A stretch of DNA of 46,700 nt from Actinomycetota bacterium. Its GTDB lineage: Bacteria; Actinomycetota; Actinomycetes; S36-B12. The DNA is taken from NCBI GenBank assembly GCA_009700485.1, contig WLLZ01000002.1:1-46700 (forward strand), read 5' to 3'. Below are positions 35,591 through 44,494 of the stretch, in pieces; the stretch's first letter is position 1, and every line of letters starts with the position of its first letter. The notes under the pieces were generated by a model. That model worked only from the letters and a program-made list of their open reading frames with translations. It was not told where the DNA came from and did no database searches. Position numbers and translations under genes: made by a program.

Positions 35591-36646
35591 CTACGCCTTA
35601 ACGACCCAAACCAGCTTGCCCTTGACCTTGGTGCAAACCGCCGTCACGCCCTTTTTTGTGACCTTCGCGCCGGCCTTCTTGCATGGCCCAAGGGTCTTAC
35701 CTGAGGTCGTTGGCTTGGCGGTGTCCACTTTCCCTGCCTTCAGATTCAACAGTCCGCTGGCGATCTGAGAAGCCGAATGGTCTCGGCCCTGCGTATAGCC
35801 GAACCAAACCCGCAGTTGATCGCCGATCAGTTCAACCGATGGATCCAGCACACTGATGCCAGCGGGCGCATAGAGCGCGGTGTTACGCAAGCTCCAGGTC
35901 AAACCATCAGCCGAACTCAAGATGCGCAATTGCTGGTTTGAGCCACCGCCACCGGTGGTCGACCCGATCATCAAAAAGGTGCCATCCGGCATCTGCAGGG
36001 GCGCCGGGTCAACTAGATCCGAATCATCAGCGATGATCCCGCTTAGCTTCGTCCAGGTGAGACCATCTGGCGAGGTCGCGATGTGAATACCGTGCTTGTC
36101 GGTGATGGTGTTCCAGTAGAGCAGGTAACTGCCATCGGTTTTGCGTAGCACATGCGGCACCCCGCAACCAATGTCATCGAGCAGGATCTGCGGCTGCGCG
36201 GTCCAATGCAACAAATCTGACGACGTTGCATAGTGGAAATCCTTGCGCTGCTGAGTGCAAGAGACAATTGCCGGCACGTTCGGATTCATCGACGAGTAGT
36301 AGAGCCGGTAATCACTTGGACCCATTTTCACAATCGACCAGTCGAACCCCTGAGGCATGGTCGCACCGGCGACTGACGTCCAATTGGTGCCATCGGTGCT
36401 GGTATAGACACCGGTCGGATTGTTGGTTGTGTAGAGGTAGTACGTGCCCGTAGCAGAGTCGTAGTAAACCTCGGGTGAGACACCGGGGGGTGAGCTTGCC
36501 GTCGGCGCCGTGACCTCGATCGTCGCCCCGGCAATCGTCGTCGGAGTAGCCGAGAGGGAACCTGCTGCCCGCGCACCTGCCACCCCACCTAGCACCAGTG
36601 CTGAACTTGCGACCGCAACCAAAACCGAGCGTGCCAGCCGGCTCAT
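35591..36646 (-). CDS. secreted Asp-box (BNR-like) beta-propeller protein with a Lys-rich C-terminal module
   Basis: Signal peptide MSRLARSVLVAVASSALVLGGVAGARA. Repeated SxDGxxW boxes (STDGTNWT, SPDGLTWT, SADGLTWS). The ATG at 36646 follows GGGAGG. Confidence 0.8.
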   Translation of the reverse strand: MSRLARSVLVAVASSALVLGGVAGARAAGSLSATPTTIAGATIEVTAPTASSPPGVSPEVYYDSATGTYYLYTTNNPTGVYTSTDGTNWTSVAGATMPQGFDWSIVKMGPSDYRLYYSSMNPNVPAIVSCTQQRKDFHYATSSDLLHWTAQPQILLDDIGCGVPHVLRKTDGSYLLYWNTITDKHGIHIATSPDGLTWTKLSGIIADDSDLVDPAPLQMPDGTFLMIGSTTGGGGSNQQLRILSSADGLTWSLRNTALYAPAGISVLDPSVELIGDQLRVWFGYTQGRDHSASQIASGLLNLKAGKVDTAKPTTSGKTLGPCKKAGAKVTKKGVTAVCTKVKGKLVWVVKA

Positions 36647-36703
36647 TTTACCTCCCAAATAAAGTGAAAAAATACTAGGTCACCGGTGAACCACTTGTCT
36701 AGG

Positions 36704-37198
36704 TCACCGCGGATTTGTCGCCACTAGGTCCCAGATCGCGCCTACCTCGACGGCGTTTGCTCCGCCGGTCGTACCCCAAATTACTTCTCCGGTTCGAGTG
36801 ACAATTCGCACCGAAACATCACTTGCTGAGGTGATGCCAAGGCTTTGCTGAAAGTCGCCAACGGCGCCGTAGATGGTTATCGTGCGGGCGAGCACGAGTG
36901 GGTTCTTGATGCTCGCAGCCATGCCACCGTCGATAAAGCGGCGCACTAACTTGAACTTGCCCGACAGTACTGGCAACTCCAAGATGCAAGACTTCATCTC
37001 CCGCGTATTGAACGGCGATTCGGGGATGCCAGCTTCTGCCAACGCGGTGATCCACGCATCAACTTGCGACTGCTGCCACTGCTGGAACGCAATAACAGCC
37101 ACATTGACATCGGCAGGGAACTGCATCGGCAACTTGAACTCGGTGCCGAGCAGATCCCTGCCGATTACATTCGGGAAAACCCAATTCTGGTTTGTCAT
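36704..37198 (-). CDS. hypothetical protein
   Basis: 164-aa ORF with coding-like composition, 17 bp downstream of the lipoprotein gene. No family recognised. Confidence 0.6.
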   Translation of the reverse strand: MTNQNWVFPNVIGRDLLGTEFKLPMQFPADVNVAVIAFQQWQQSQVDAWITALAEAGIPESPFNTREMKSCILELPVLSGKFKLVRRFIDGGMAASIKNPLVLARTITIYGAVGDFQQSLGITSASDVSVRIVTRTGEVIWGTTGGANAVEVGAIWDLVATNPR

Positions 37199-37215
37199 TT
37201 CAGCTATTCGTTTAA

Positions 37216-37602
37216 CTACTCCGCGATAGTGATGGTGACATCGCGCGTGCTGCTATCAGGATTGGTGACAGTAACGACGGCAACACCGGCAGCCAAGGCT
37301 TTGGCTCCGGGATTAAATTGCGCGCCGCCTTCTTCCTTGGCCTGAGTTAATTCGAGTAACTCAGGCTTGTCCGTTGAGATTGTGGTGCCGGCAAGAGACT
37401 CAACATTGAAGACAATGAAATTACCGACCTTGGCGCTAGCTTGGGTTTGATCCGGGGCGACCATGATCGGGGCAATGACCTCGGTGCCTGCGCCTGCGGC
37501 ACTCGAAGCGGCTGGTTCGGTTGACGATGAGCAGCCCGCGAGCACTGCCGCACCCAAAAGAGCAGTGGCACTGATAGCCACGAAACGCCGATTGCCAAAC
37601 AT
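37216..37602 (-). CDS. small lipoprotein, unknown function
   Basis: MFGNRRFVAISATALLGAAVLAGCSSS (lipobox LAGC). The ATG at 37602 follows GGAATAGGAG. Confidence 0.7.
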   Translation of the reverse strand: MFGNRRFVAISATALLGAAVLAGCSSSTEPAASSAAGAGTEVIAPIMVAPDQTQASAKVGNFIVFNVESLAGTTISTDKPELLELTQAKEEGGAQFNPGAKALAAGVAVVTVTNPDSSTRDVTITIAE

Positions 37603-37678
37603 GTTTACTCCTATTCCTTCCGGGGCTTTCCCCGGGATCTTCCTAAACGATACCCGCAAAATCAGGTGGCGAAACATC

Positions 37679-38524
37679 ATGACGTACCTTCTTTACGTGA
37701 ACTTCACATGGCGAATGCCACTGGCCTCATTAATCACGGTCGCGGCCCTGTTTAGCTTCGCGCCAGGCGCCAGCGGTGCACCTGCAGCCGATCCGGTGGT
37801 CGGCGTGCTCACCGCCGGTGGGCAGCGCCAGTGGATTGATTGCGAAGGTAGCGGCTCACCGACCTTGGTCATCTCATCTGGCCTTGGCGCTGACAGCAGT
37901 ATGTGGTCAAGGGTGCTGCCCAAACTGCGCACCATGACCCGCACGTGTATTTACGACCGGCCCGGGCTCGGTAACAGCCCGAAGCGCATTGGGGCGAAAG
38001 CTACCGATGCCGGTGAACACGCGAAGGAACTTAAGTCACTGCTGATCGCCGCCGGTGAATCCGGCCCCTTCATCCTCATGGGCCATTCGTACGCGGGGTT
38101 GATAGTTCGTGCATTCGATGCACAAAATCCTGATGAGGTGGCAGGCTTGCTCTTACTAGACGCCGTATACCCAGGTATCCATCGAACCTTTCTATCTTCA
38201 TATAAGAGCCCGTGGCATGAAGGCGGTACTTCAATAGATATGGCAGCCAGCGAGCGAGCAACTAATGGCGGCCCTGACCTGGGCTCCACCCCACTAATTG
38301 TTATCACCGCCGGCTATCCGAGTAACGGCACGAGTTGGGCTGATCGCAAATGGAACGCGGAGCAGGATGCCGCTGCAAAGTTATCAACCAATTCACTGCA
38401 CCTCGTCGCCAAGAACTCAGGCCACCTGATTCAGCAGCAACAACCAGCGATCGTGATTGCCGGGGTCAGGCGACTACTTGAGGCGGCACGTACTAGCACG
38501 CCGCTAAGTGAGACTAGGCGTTAA
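37679..38524 (+). CDS. secreted alpha/beta-fold hydrolase
   Basis: Nucleophile elbow GHSYAG, VISSGLGADSSMW and a signal-like N-terminus. The ATG at 37679 lies 9 nt after AGGTGG. Confidence 0.82.
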   Translation: MTYLLYVNFTWRMPLASLITVAALFSFAPGASGAPAADPVVGVLTAGGQRQWIDCEGSGSPTLVISSGLGADSSMWSRVLPKLRTMTRTCIYDRPGLGNSPKRIGAKATDAGEHAKELKSLLIAAGESGPFILMGHSYAGLIVRAFDAQNPDEVAGLLLLDAVYPGIHRTFLSSYKSPWHEGGTSIDMAASERATNGGPDLGSTPLIVITAGYPSNGTSWADRKWNAEQDAAAKLSTNSLHLVAKNSGHLIQQQQPAIVIAGVRRLLEAARTSTPLSETRR

Positions 38525-38970
38525 ATCATTTCACCTGCATCGAGTTCGCCGAGTTGTTCTACCCGTCGCTCGTGGCGGCCGCCTTCAAACTCAGTTGAAA
38601 GAAATACGTCGAGGGCTTCGAGGGCTGTGTCTGGGTCAGTGAAGCGCTCCCCAAAGCAGGCAACATTGGCGTCATTGTGGCGGCGAGTCATTTCGGCATC
38701 ATCATTTGCTCTGATCACCGCACCGCGGGCTCCGGCAACTTTATTCACCGCCATCGCGATACCCTGCCCGCTTCCGCAAACGGCGACTCCAAGATCGGCA
38801 TCGCCATCAGCGACCGCGTGGCCGACCGCGGCCCCGTAATGCGGGTAATCAACGCTGGCTTCGGAGTCGGTGCCTAGGTCAATGACGTCATAGTCGTTTT
38901 CGATTAGCCACTGTTTTAGCGTGGTTTTCAGCGTGAAGCCCGCATGGTCTGATCCGATTGCAATTCTCAC
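38521..38970 (-). CDS. rpiB: ribose-5-phosphate isomerase B (RpiB/LacAB family)
   Basis: MRIAIGSDHAGF, VCGSGQGIAMAVNK and RRHNDANV. Confidence 0.92.
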   Translation of the reverse strand: MRIAIGSDHAGFTLKTTLKQWLIENDYDVIDLGTDSEASVDYPHYGAAVGHAVADGDADLGVAVCGSGQGIAMAVNKVAGARGAVIRANDDAEMTRRHNDANVACFGERFTDPDTALEALDVFLSTEFEGGRHERRVEQLGELDAGEMI

Positions 38971-40406
38971 TTCGACTCCCCTGCTCCACTTTTACTAGAT
39001 CTTCCGCTAGTGAGTTGCTGATCCCGCACCAGCTGGGTCATTGTCTCTCGCCGCTCTGCGAGCAGTTGCATCGCGGTGTGCGCAGGTGTGACCACACTCG
39101 ATGCCTCGGCACGGTTTGCTGCTCGGACTTGGCCCGCTGCAAGTATCGCTGCGCCAACAACCGCAGCATTGGGCACATCAACCACCCCGAGTGCACACCC
39201 GGTTGCATCAGCTAGAAGTTGGCGGAAAACCCGATCGTGGGTTCCGCCGCCAACAAGTGGTACGACGTCGGGCAATACCGCACCGGTATTTGTCACCGCG
39301 GTGACCGCCAAGGCGATAGCTTGGGCCACCCCCTCCAAGATGCTGCGCAGCATCGCGGCACGATCAGTCGATAAGCCAATACCGTGCCAGGATCCGCGCA
39401 AATCTGCGTCCATAAATGGGGTGCGCTCACCTGCGACATAAGGCACGTAAATCGGGTCACTCGACTGTATGCCATCGTTTAGTGCTGCCGTCGCTTCGGC
39501 AACGTCCGATCCAAACCAGCTGAGGGCTGTTGTCAATGACAACCCGGCATTTTGCACCGCACCCACTCGAAACCAGCCAGCACCTATGTCTCCAGCGGTT
39601 GCGAAAGTATGTGTCACTAGTGAAGCATCGAGATCAGGTTGGGCTAGCACACTAACTACCTGTGCACCCGTGCCGACAGCGATGAATCCGTCACCGGGGC
39701 GAAGGCCGAGCCCAGCCAGTGCGCAGGCGGTATCTGCTGCACCTACTACCGCTGGTATTTCACGCCCTAAATTTATTAAGCCAGCAGGTGCATTAGAGCT
39801 CCTGATTTCCGGAAGTAACTGCGCACTCAGCCCCGCCCACGCGAGCGCGGCCGGCGACCAAGTTTCAGTTACTACGTCACACAGCAAAGTACCGGTGGCA
39901 TCACTTGGATCAGTTGCTATCGCCCCACCAAGGGCTGCACGCAGCCAATCTTTTGGCTGAAGCACGTAGCGCGCCCGCGCCATGACATCCGGCTCATTTG
40001 CATAAAGCCAGGCGACGCTAGTAGCAGCGAAACCCGGTACCGCCGGTGAGCCAAGTTGTGACAATTGATCGGCGGAGAACTGCTGCGACATTGACTGCAC
40101 CTGGAGCATCGAGCGAGCATCGGCCCACAAGATCGCCGGCCGAAGTGGCACGAGGTTCTCATCGACCACAACCACTCCGTGCATCTGGCCGCTGAACCCG
40201 ACAGCTATAGGTTGCTCAGTTTTTAGGACGTCCGTGGTGGCAGACCGCACCGCATCGAGCCAAGCGCTCGGGTCACTTTGCGCCCATCCCGGCTGCGGTG
40301 ACTCCACCCGATACCCGCGCTGCGCCTCGGCGAGCACCCTGCCCTCATCAGTAACCACCGCGGCCTTTACCGAGCCCGTCCCCAAGTCAATCCCAAGGAA
40401 GGTCAT
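38967..40406 (-). CDS. FGGY-family carbohydrate kinase (xylulokinase-like)
   Basis: MTFLGIDLGTGSVKAAV and a C-terminal VGGGTH block. The ATG at 40406 is preferred. The upstream 55 codons of the ORF are discounted. Confidence 0.88.
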   Translation of the reverse strand: MTFLGIDLGTGSVKAAVVTDEGRVLAEAQRGYRVESPQPGWAQSDPSAWLDAVRSATTDVLKTEQPIAVGFSGQMHGVVVVDENLVPLRPAILWADARSMLQVQSMSQQFSADQLSQLGSPAVPGFAATSVAWLYANEPDVMARARYVLQPKDWLRAALGGAIATDPSDATGTLLCDVVTETWSPAALAWAGLSAQLLPEIRSSNAPAGLINLGREIPAVVGAADTACALAGLGLRPGDGFIAVGTGAQVVSVLAQPDLDASLVTHTFATAGDIGAGWFRVGAVQNAGLSLTTALSWFGSDVAEATAALNDGIQSSDPIYVPYVAGERTPFMDADLRGSWHGIGLSTDRAAMLRSILEGVAQAIALAVTAVTNTGAVLPDVVPLVGGGTHDRVFRQLLADATGCALGVVDVPNAAVVGAAILAAGQVRAANRAEASSVVTPAHTAMQLLAERRETMTQLVRDQQLTSGRSSKSGAGESK

Positions 40407-40442
40407 TACCGCACCGACTCCACACGTGGCAGTATCTCTCAT

Positions 40443-41369
40443 GTGAGCCACAGTTCGCAGGGACCCGGGACAGTAATAGTCGTTGGAAGTCTTAATGTTG
40501 ATCTGGTGGTCGGGCTCGATCGGATGCCTGAGCAAGGTGAGACGGTGCTGGGCGAGTCCTTGGAGCGTCACGCCGGTGGCAAAGGGCTGAACCAGGCAAT
40601 CGCTGCCTCTCGCCTAGGCGCCGACGTCCGGTTACTCGGCGCAGTTGGCGACGATGAATCCGGGGCGTGGCTGCGCGAATTAATCTGCGCTGACAATGTC
40701 AATGACGAAGGAGTAGCCACCGTGACGGGGCCCTCGGGCACCGCGCTCATTGAGGTAGACGCACGCGGCTTGAATCGCATAATCGTGGTGCCCGGGGCAA
40801 ATGGCCACGTGTCACCCGATGTGGTTGGTTCAAGTATTCGAGCGATGCACGGGGTCGCAGTCGTGATGACAAATGGTGAAGTACCGCTGGCGGCATCACG
40901 AGCAGCACTAGCCGCAGGTAGAGCCATTGGCGCCCTGACAATACTCAACCCCGCACCTGTACTTGACTACCGCGAGCACCTAGTCGACGTGGATATTTTT
41001 GTGCCAAATGAACATGAGGCGGCAGCACTCAGTGGCTTACCCACCGAAACTGATACCGAGGCGCGCGCTGCTGCGCAATATTTTTATTCTCTCGGGATAG
41101 CGAACGTGGTGATCACCCGTGGCGCAAAGGGCGCAATCTGGGCATCTGCCTCCGGCGTAGTGGATGTTAAAACTTTTGAAGTTAGTGCGATTGACACTGT
41201 TGCCGCGGGTGACGCATTTTGCGGAGGCCTTGCCGCCGCCCTCTCAAATGGTTACGAATTCGCTGATGCACTCAAGTGGGCCTCGGCCGCCGGGGCGCTA
41301 GCCGTGACTATTAAGGGTGCTTCCCCATCGCTGCCAATGCGCAATGCGGTTCAAAACCTTTTAAAGTAG
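40443..41369 (+). CDS. rbsK: ribokinase (PfkB family)
   Basis: VVGSLNVDL, GGKGLNQA and DTVAAGDAFCGGLA. Confidence 0.9.
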   Translation: MSHSSQGPGTVIVVGSLNVDLVVGLDRMPEQGETVLGESLERHAGGKGLNQAIAASRLGADVRLLGAVGDDESGAWLRELICADNVNDEGVATVTGPSGTALIEVDARGLNRIIVVPGANGHVSPDVVGSSIRAMHGVAVVMTNGEVPLAASRAALAAGRAIGALTILNPAPVLDYREHLVDVDIFVPNEHEAAALSGLPTETDTEARAAAQYFYSLGIANVVITRGAKGAIWASASGVVDVKTFEVSAIDTVAAGDAFCGGLAAALSNGYEFADALKWASAAGALAVTIKGASPSLPMRNAVQNLLK

Positions 41370-41375
41370 CGGGAA

Positions 41376-43430
41376 TCAGGCCACCGGCAGTGGGGTAGTC
41401 ACAGTTCTGCCATTGCGCGTGACACTCACACCGCGATCATCGATAACAACAGGCACCGACTCTGCATCAGTGCGCGGCACAAATACTGTAACCATCTTCG
41501 AAGTCCCGCCAGCTTTTGGTAATTTCAATGCGCGAAGTAGCACAGCTCCTGGGACTTTAACTCCCCAACTACCGGTGAACCAACCCTGTGATGAGGTAGG
41601 GCCAGCCACCGTTACCTTCCAGCCCCCTTCGCCAGACTTATAAACATCCATCTTCTTGTTTCCAGAAGAGATTGTGAAGACATCATTGACATTTTGAGCC
41701 GATAGGCCCGGAGGTAATTGCCAACGCTCGGTAACCACGCGCTTGGCCTTGCCTTTGGTTGCATCAACATAGTCGACTACCGCGATCGCATCGACCGATC
41801 GGATGTATTTAACGCAGCGCGTAACTCGCACCGTGCCCCAGGTGTAATCGCGTAAGCAGGTGGTGTCATTGCCGCCGGTCTGCCATTCCGAACCACTCAA
41901 AGAGCTTTTCACTCCCGCATATTTGTTGCGCGCGACGTTGGACACCGTGAAACTCGAATGTGCATTGCGCGACTTAACAAAAGCCCTAAGCGGGCTCGAG
42001 TTCTCGTAACGGTACGGGCCTGGATCACCCACCCAATCGACACCACGTGAATAGATGGTCAGTGACCCTCCATCGTCGTGGGCGTGCGGGGTCGCTGGCC
42101 TAGACGACGAAGACCGAAGTGAGTAGAACGTGTCAAAACCCCCGGGCTGTGTTTGCCATCCAGAGCGACCGAAGGTGTAACCACCGCTATAGGTGCTGTA
42201 GATCTGCGCGGGCGGGGTGCCCTGTGTGCCGCCAGATCTGACCCACTCTGCCCGCGGGTCACCCGACCCAAAAGTCTTGGGCAGACTCTCGTTCAAGGTG
42301 TCACCAATCGAGGCGAGCTTGAAATCTGGGCGCACTGCTTGTGACACAAAATCGTAAAGTGATCCACGTAAAGCTGCGATGTTGTCAGACATGATCTGGC
42401 AAGTTGCTGCAGCGCGCTCAACATCCTTCAACAGGTTTTCAATGTAGATGGCGTACCCCGGTGACCCTTCGACGTCGCTGCCATCACTTTGGATAATGCC
42501 ATTTGCTACACCTACTAGATTCGCCCAAGCGCGATCACGCATCGCGGTATCGCCTCTCCAGCAAGCCTCCGCAAACGCACCGGTCTGCCTTATTAGGTCG
42601 GTGTTATTCGCGCCGATCGCAATTACCGGTGCCACCCGATACTTGCTCACCATCCGTTCCGCATCACTTGCGGCAGCAGCGGCAATAACCGGATCATTCA
42701 AAGTCTGTGCAGCACAGACCAAAGTCTGCGTGCGCAAGCCTCCATAGATAGATGCGTTTACCCAGTACGACCGAGCGCCTTTATGATCTTCAATCCAGTA
42801 AGTAAGGATTTGGCGGAAGCGATCAACCATTTCTGGTATCTGTTTGTGCACGCCGCGGTATAGCAATGGCAACGCCCAATTCAATGAGTTGATATGGCGA
42901 TCACCGGAAGTATCAGAGGTTGCCTGCGGGCGCCAATCTGGATGCTCGGTCAGGGTATAAGTGCCGCCATTTTTAAGATCGACTTTGCCGGCCATTAGTG
43001 CCTGCGCCCGCTCACGTTCAACGCTCGGCTTTAGTGGTGGAAAAATTGCAAGACACCAACTACCCAACTCCGTGGGCAAGACCACGACCGGCTCGACAGG
43101 TGTAGTCGGTACGTCAGCACTCGGGGCCGGGGCCGCGGTTACCGACGGTGACGGAGCAGATGACGGGGTCGCTGAAGGGGTAGCGGTTGCTGACGCACTG
43201 GCTGACGCACTGGCCGACGCACTGGCCGAAGCAGTGGCAGAAGCGGTTGCCGATGCAGAGCCACTGGGAGCAGGGTCGGCGGCCCCGGCACCTGGTGCCG
43301 CCAGCAGTAGGGACCCGGCTGTCAGGGCCACCAAAGCCGCGGATCCAGCGGTGTGCAGCCCGCGATTACGCAACATGCGCCCCAACAGCACCATTGAACT
43401 AAGCATCGAACCATCATCACCCGAGACCAC
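41376..43430 (-). CDS. secreted heparinase II/III-family (polysaccharide lyase-like) protein
   Basis: Signal-like N-terminus, a long Ser/Ala/Thr/Pro linker, and the HAHDDGGSLTIYSRGVDWVGDPG motif typical of the heparinase II/III C-terminal domain. The exact start is uncertain (43430, 43406 or 43376). Confidence 0.8.
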   Translation of the reverse strand: MVSGDDGSMLSSMVLLGRMLRNRGLHTAGSAALVALTAGSLLLAAPGAGAADPAPSGSASATASATASASASASASASASATATPSATPSSAPSPSVTAAPAPSADVPTTPVEPVVVLPTELGSWCLAIFPPLKPSVERERAQALMAGKVDLKNGGTYTLTEHPDWRPQATSDTSGDRHINSLNWALPLLYRGVHKQIPEMVDRFRQILTYWIEDHKGARSYWVNASIYGGLRTQTLVCAAQTLNDPVIAAAAASDAERMVSKYRVAPVIAIGANNTDLIRQTGAFAEACWRGDTAMRDRAWANLVGVANGIIQSDGSDVEGSPGYAIYIENLLKDVERAAATCQIMSDNIAALRGSLYDFVSQAVRPDFKLASIGDTLNESLPKTFGSGDPRAEWVRSGGTQGTPPAQIYSTYSGGYTFGRSGWQTQPGGFDTFYSLRSSSSRPATPHAHDDGGSLTIYSRGVDWVGDPGPYRYENSSPLRAFVKSRNAHSSFTVSNVARNKYAGVKSSLSGSEWQTGGNDTTCLRDYTWGTVRVTRCVKYIRSVDAIAVVDYVDATKGKAKRVVTERWQLPPGLSAQNVNDVFTISSGNKKMDVYKSGEGGWKVTVAGPTSSQGWFTGSWGVKVPGAVLLRALKLPKAGGTSKMVTVFVPRTDAESVPVVIDDRGVSVTRNGRTVTTPLPVA
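43189..43260. repeat. degenerate 12-bp periodic repeat (GCTGACGCACTG-like) encoding the (Ser-Ala)n linker
   Basis: GCTGACGCACTG GCTGACGCACTG GCCGACGCACTG GCCGAAGCAGTG... read directly. On the minus strand it encodes SASATASATASASASASASASASATA. Confidence 0.85.
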
Positions 43431-43454
43431 TTTGGATGGCTACACCGGGGTGCG

Positions 43455-44357
43455 CTACAGCGTGTCGACCCGATCTAAAGCCGCCCGCTGCGAGGGTGAA
43501 CTCGCCCCTAGAGCAAGTGATAAGGATCCCAGAAGGGCCCCGACCAGTGGCTTAGTCAGCGCTAGGGGCACCGTCGGTAGCCCCAGCAGCGCCCGGTGGC
43601 CAGCAGGCATCGTCGAAACCGCTCCGGCAAACAACCCGGCGTAAGGCACCTTGGCTCCGGTACCAAGTGGTGCATTACGGATGAAGTTGACAGTGCTCGC
43701 GGCCGCCGGGCCACCTGCTAGCACTTGGTCGTAAGCGGCAAGTTGATCGCGTAGTTCGGCAACAGAGCGCGGCGGATCAACTACCCCAACCAGCTCACCG
43801 GATTTGGCCCACTCGCGCACATAAGCATCGGGACCACCCGGGATCGGGCCACCCCATACCTGGTGGGTGGCCAAGAACGAATCGGTAAACGCAATATGGA
43901 CCCAGCGCAGTAGGTCAGGGTCAGCAGCCGCATATGGGGTTTCACCATTCGATCCCATATACGTACCAATCACTTTGCGATGCACTCCCTTAACTCGCGC
44001 GCACTCACGATCGGCGGCGGCGGTATCTCCGAACGTCACCACGGTCAGCCACTTGGTGGTACCTGCCAACCGGCCCAAAGCATCGGTTTCATAGCGAGAG
44101 TGCTGCATCACTCCGGCGAGTGCGCCAGGGTGCAGGGCCTGCATCAGTAAGGCTCGAACCCCACCAACAAGAGTTGGCAACGCGCCATGCACTGCCCAAG
44201 GCGCCGAGCCCGGACCAAAGTAGCCGACGTCAGAACCTTGGGCAATTTGCTTAACCCAATCCGGTGCCCCGGTTGGATCACCCGAGACGATTCGGCGAAA
44301 CCCATCGGCCACTTGCCGCCGCAAAGCATCAACGGCCATCATCGGGTTGGGGAGCAC
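43455..44357 (-). CDS. oxygenase MpaB-family (DUF2236) protein
   Basis: General DUF2236 pattern (LVGGVRALLMQALHP...HRKV.G...LLRWVH). GTG start. Confidence 0.75.
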   Translation of the reverse strand: MLPNPMMAVDALRRQVADGFRRIVSGDPTGAPDWVKQIAQGSDVGYFGPGSAPWAVHGALPTLVGGVRALLMQALHPGALAGVMQHSRYETDALGRLAGTTKWLTVVTFGDTAAADRECARVKGVHRKVIGTYMGSNGETPYAAADPDLLRWVHIAFTDSFLATHQVWGGPIPGGPDAYVREWAKSGELVGVVDPPRSVAELRDQLAAYDQVLAGGPAAASTVNFIRNAPLGTGAKVPYAGLFAGAVSTMPAGHRALLGLPTVPLALTKPLVGALLGSLSLALGASSPSQRAALDRVDTL

Positions 44358-44419
44358 TGCCTAACCATGCCAAAGGATTCGTGCTGGCGCATCTTCAGCG
44401 GCGGCGGGCTTACATGAAT

Positions 44420-44464
44420 CAGCGTGCCCGCACCCCGGAGGAGGAACTGGGTGCAGGCACGCTG
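44420..44464 (-). terminator. strong stem-loop downstream of the protease gene (candidate U-tract-less terminator)
   Basis: CAGCGTGCC-C-GCACCC, a 13-nt loop, then GGGTGC-A-GGCACGCTG: 15 paired bases. It lies 31 bp after the htrA-like stop. Confidence 0.4.
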
Positions 44465-44494
44465 ACGTGGGGAAGAATTGCAATTAAAGGATTT

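Noticed and set aside
43189-43260. 12-bp periodic repeat, together with the other tandem repeats, as a possible CRISPR or regulatory array
   Set aside because: The units are contiguous without spacers and lie within a coding region, where they encode a Ser-Ala linker. No repeat-spacer architecture or cas genes occur anywhere in the window.
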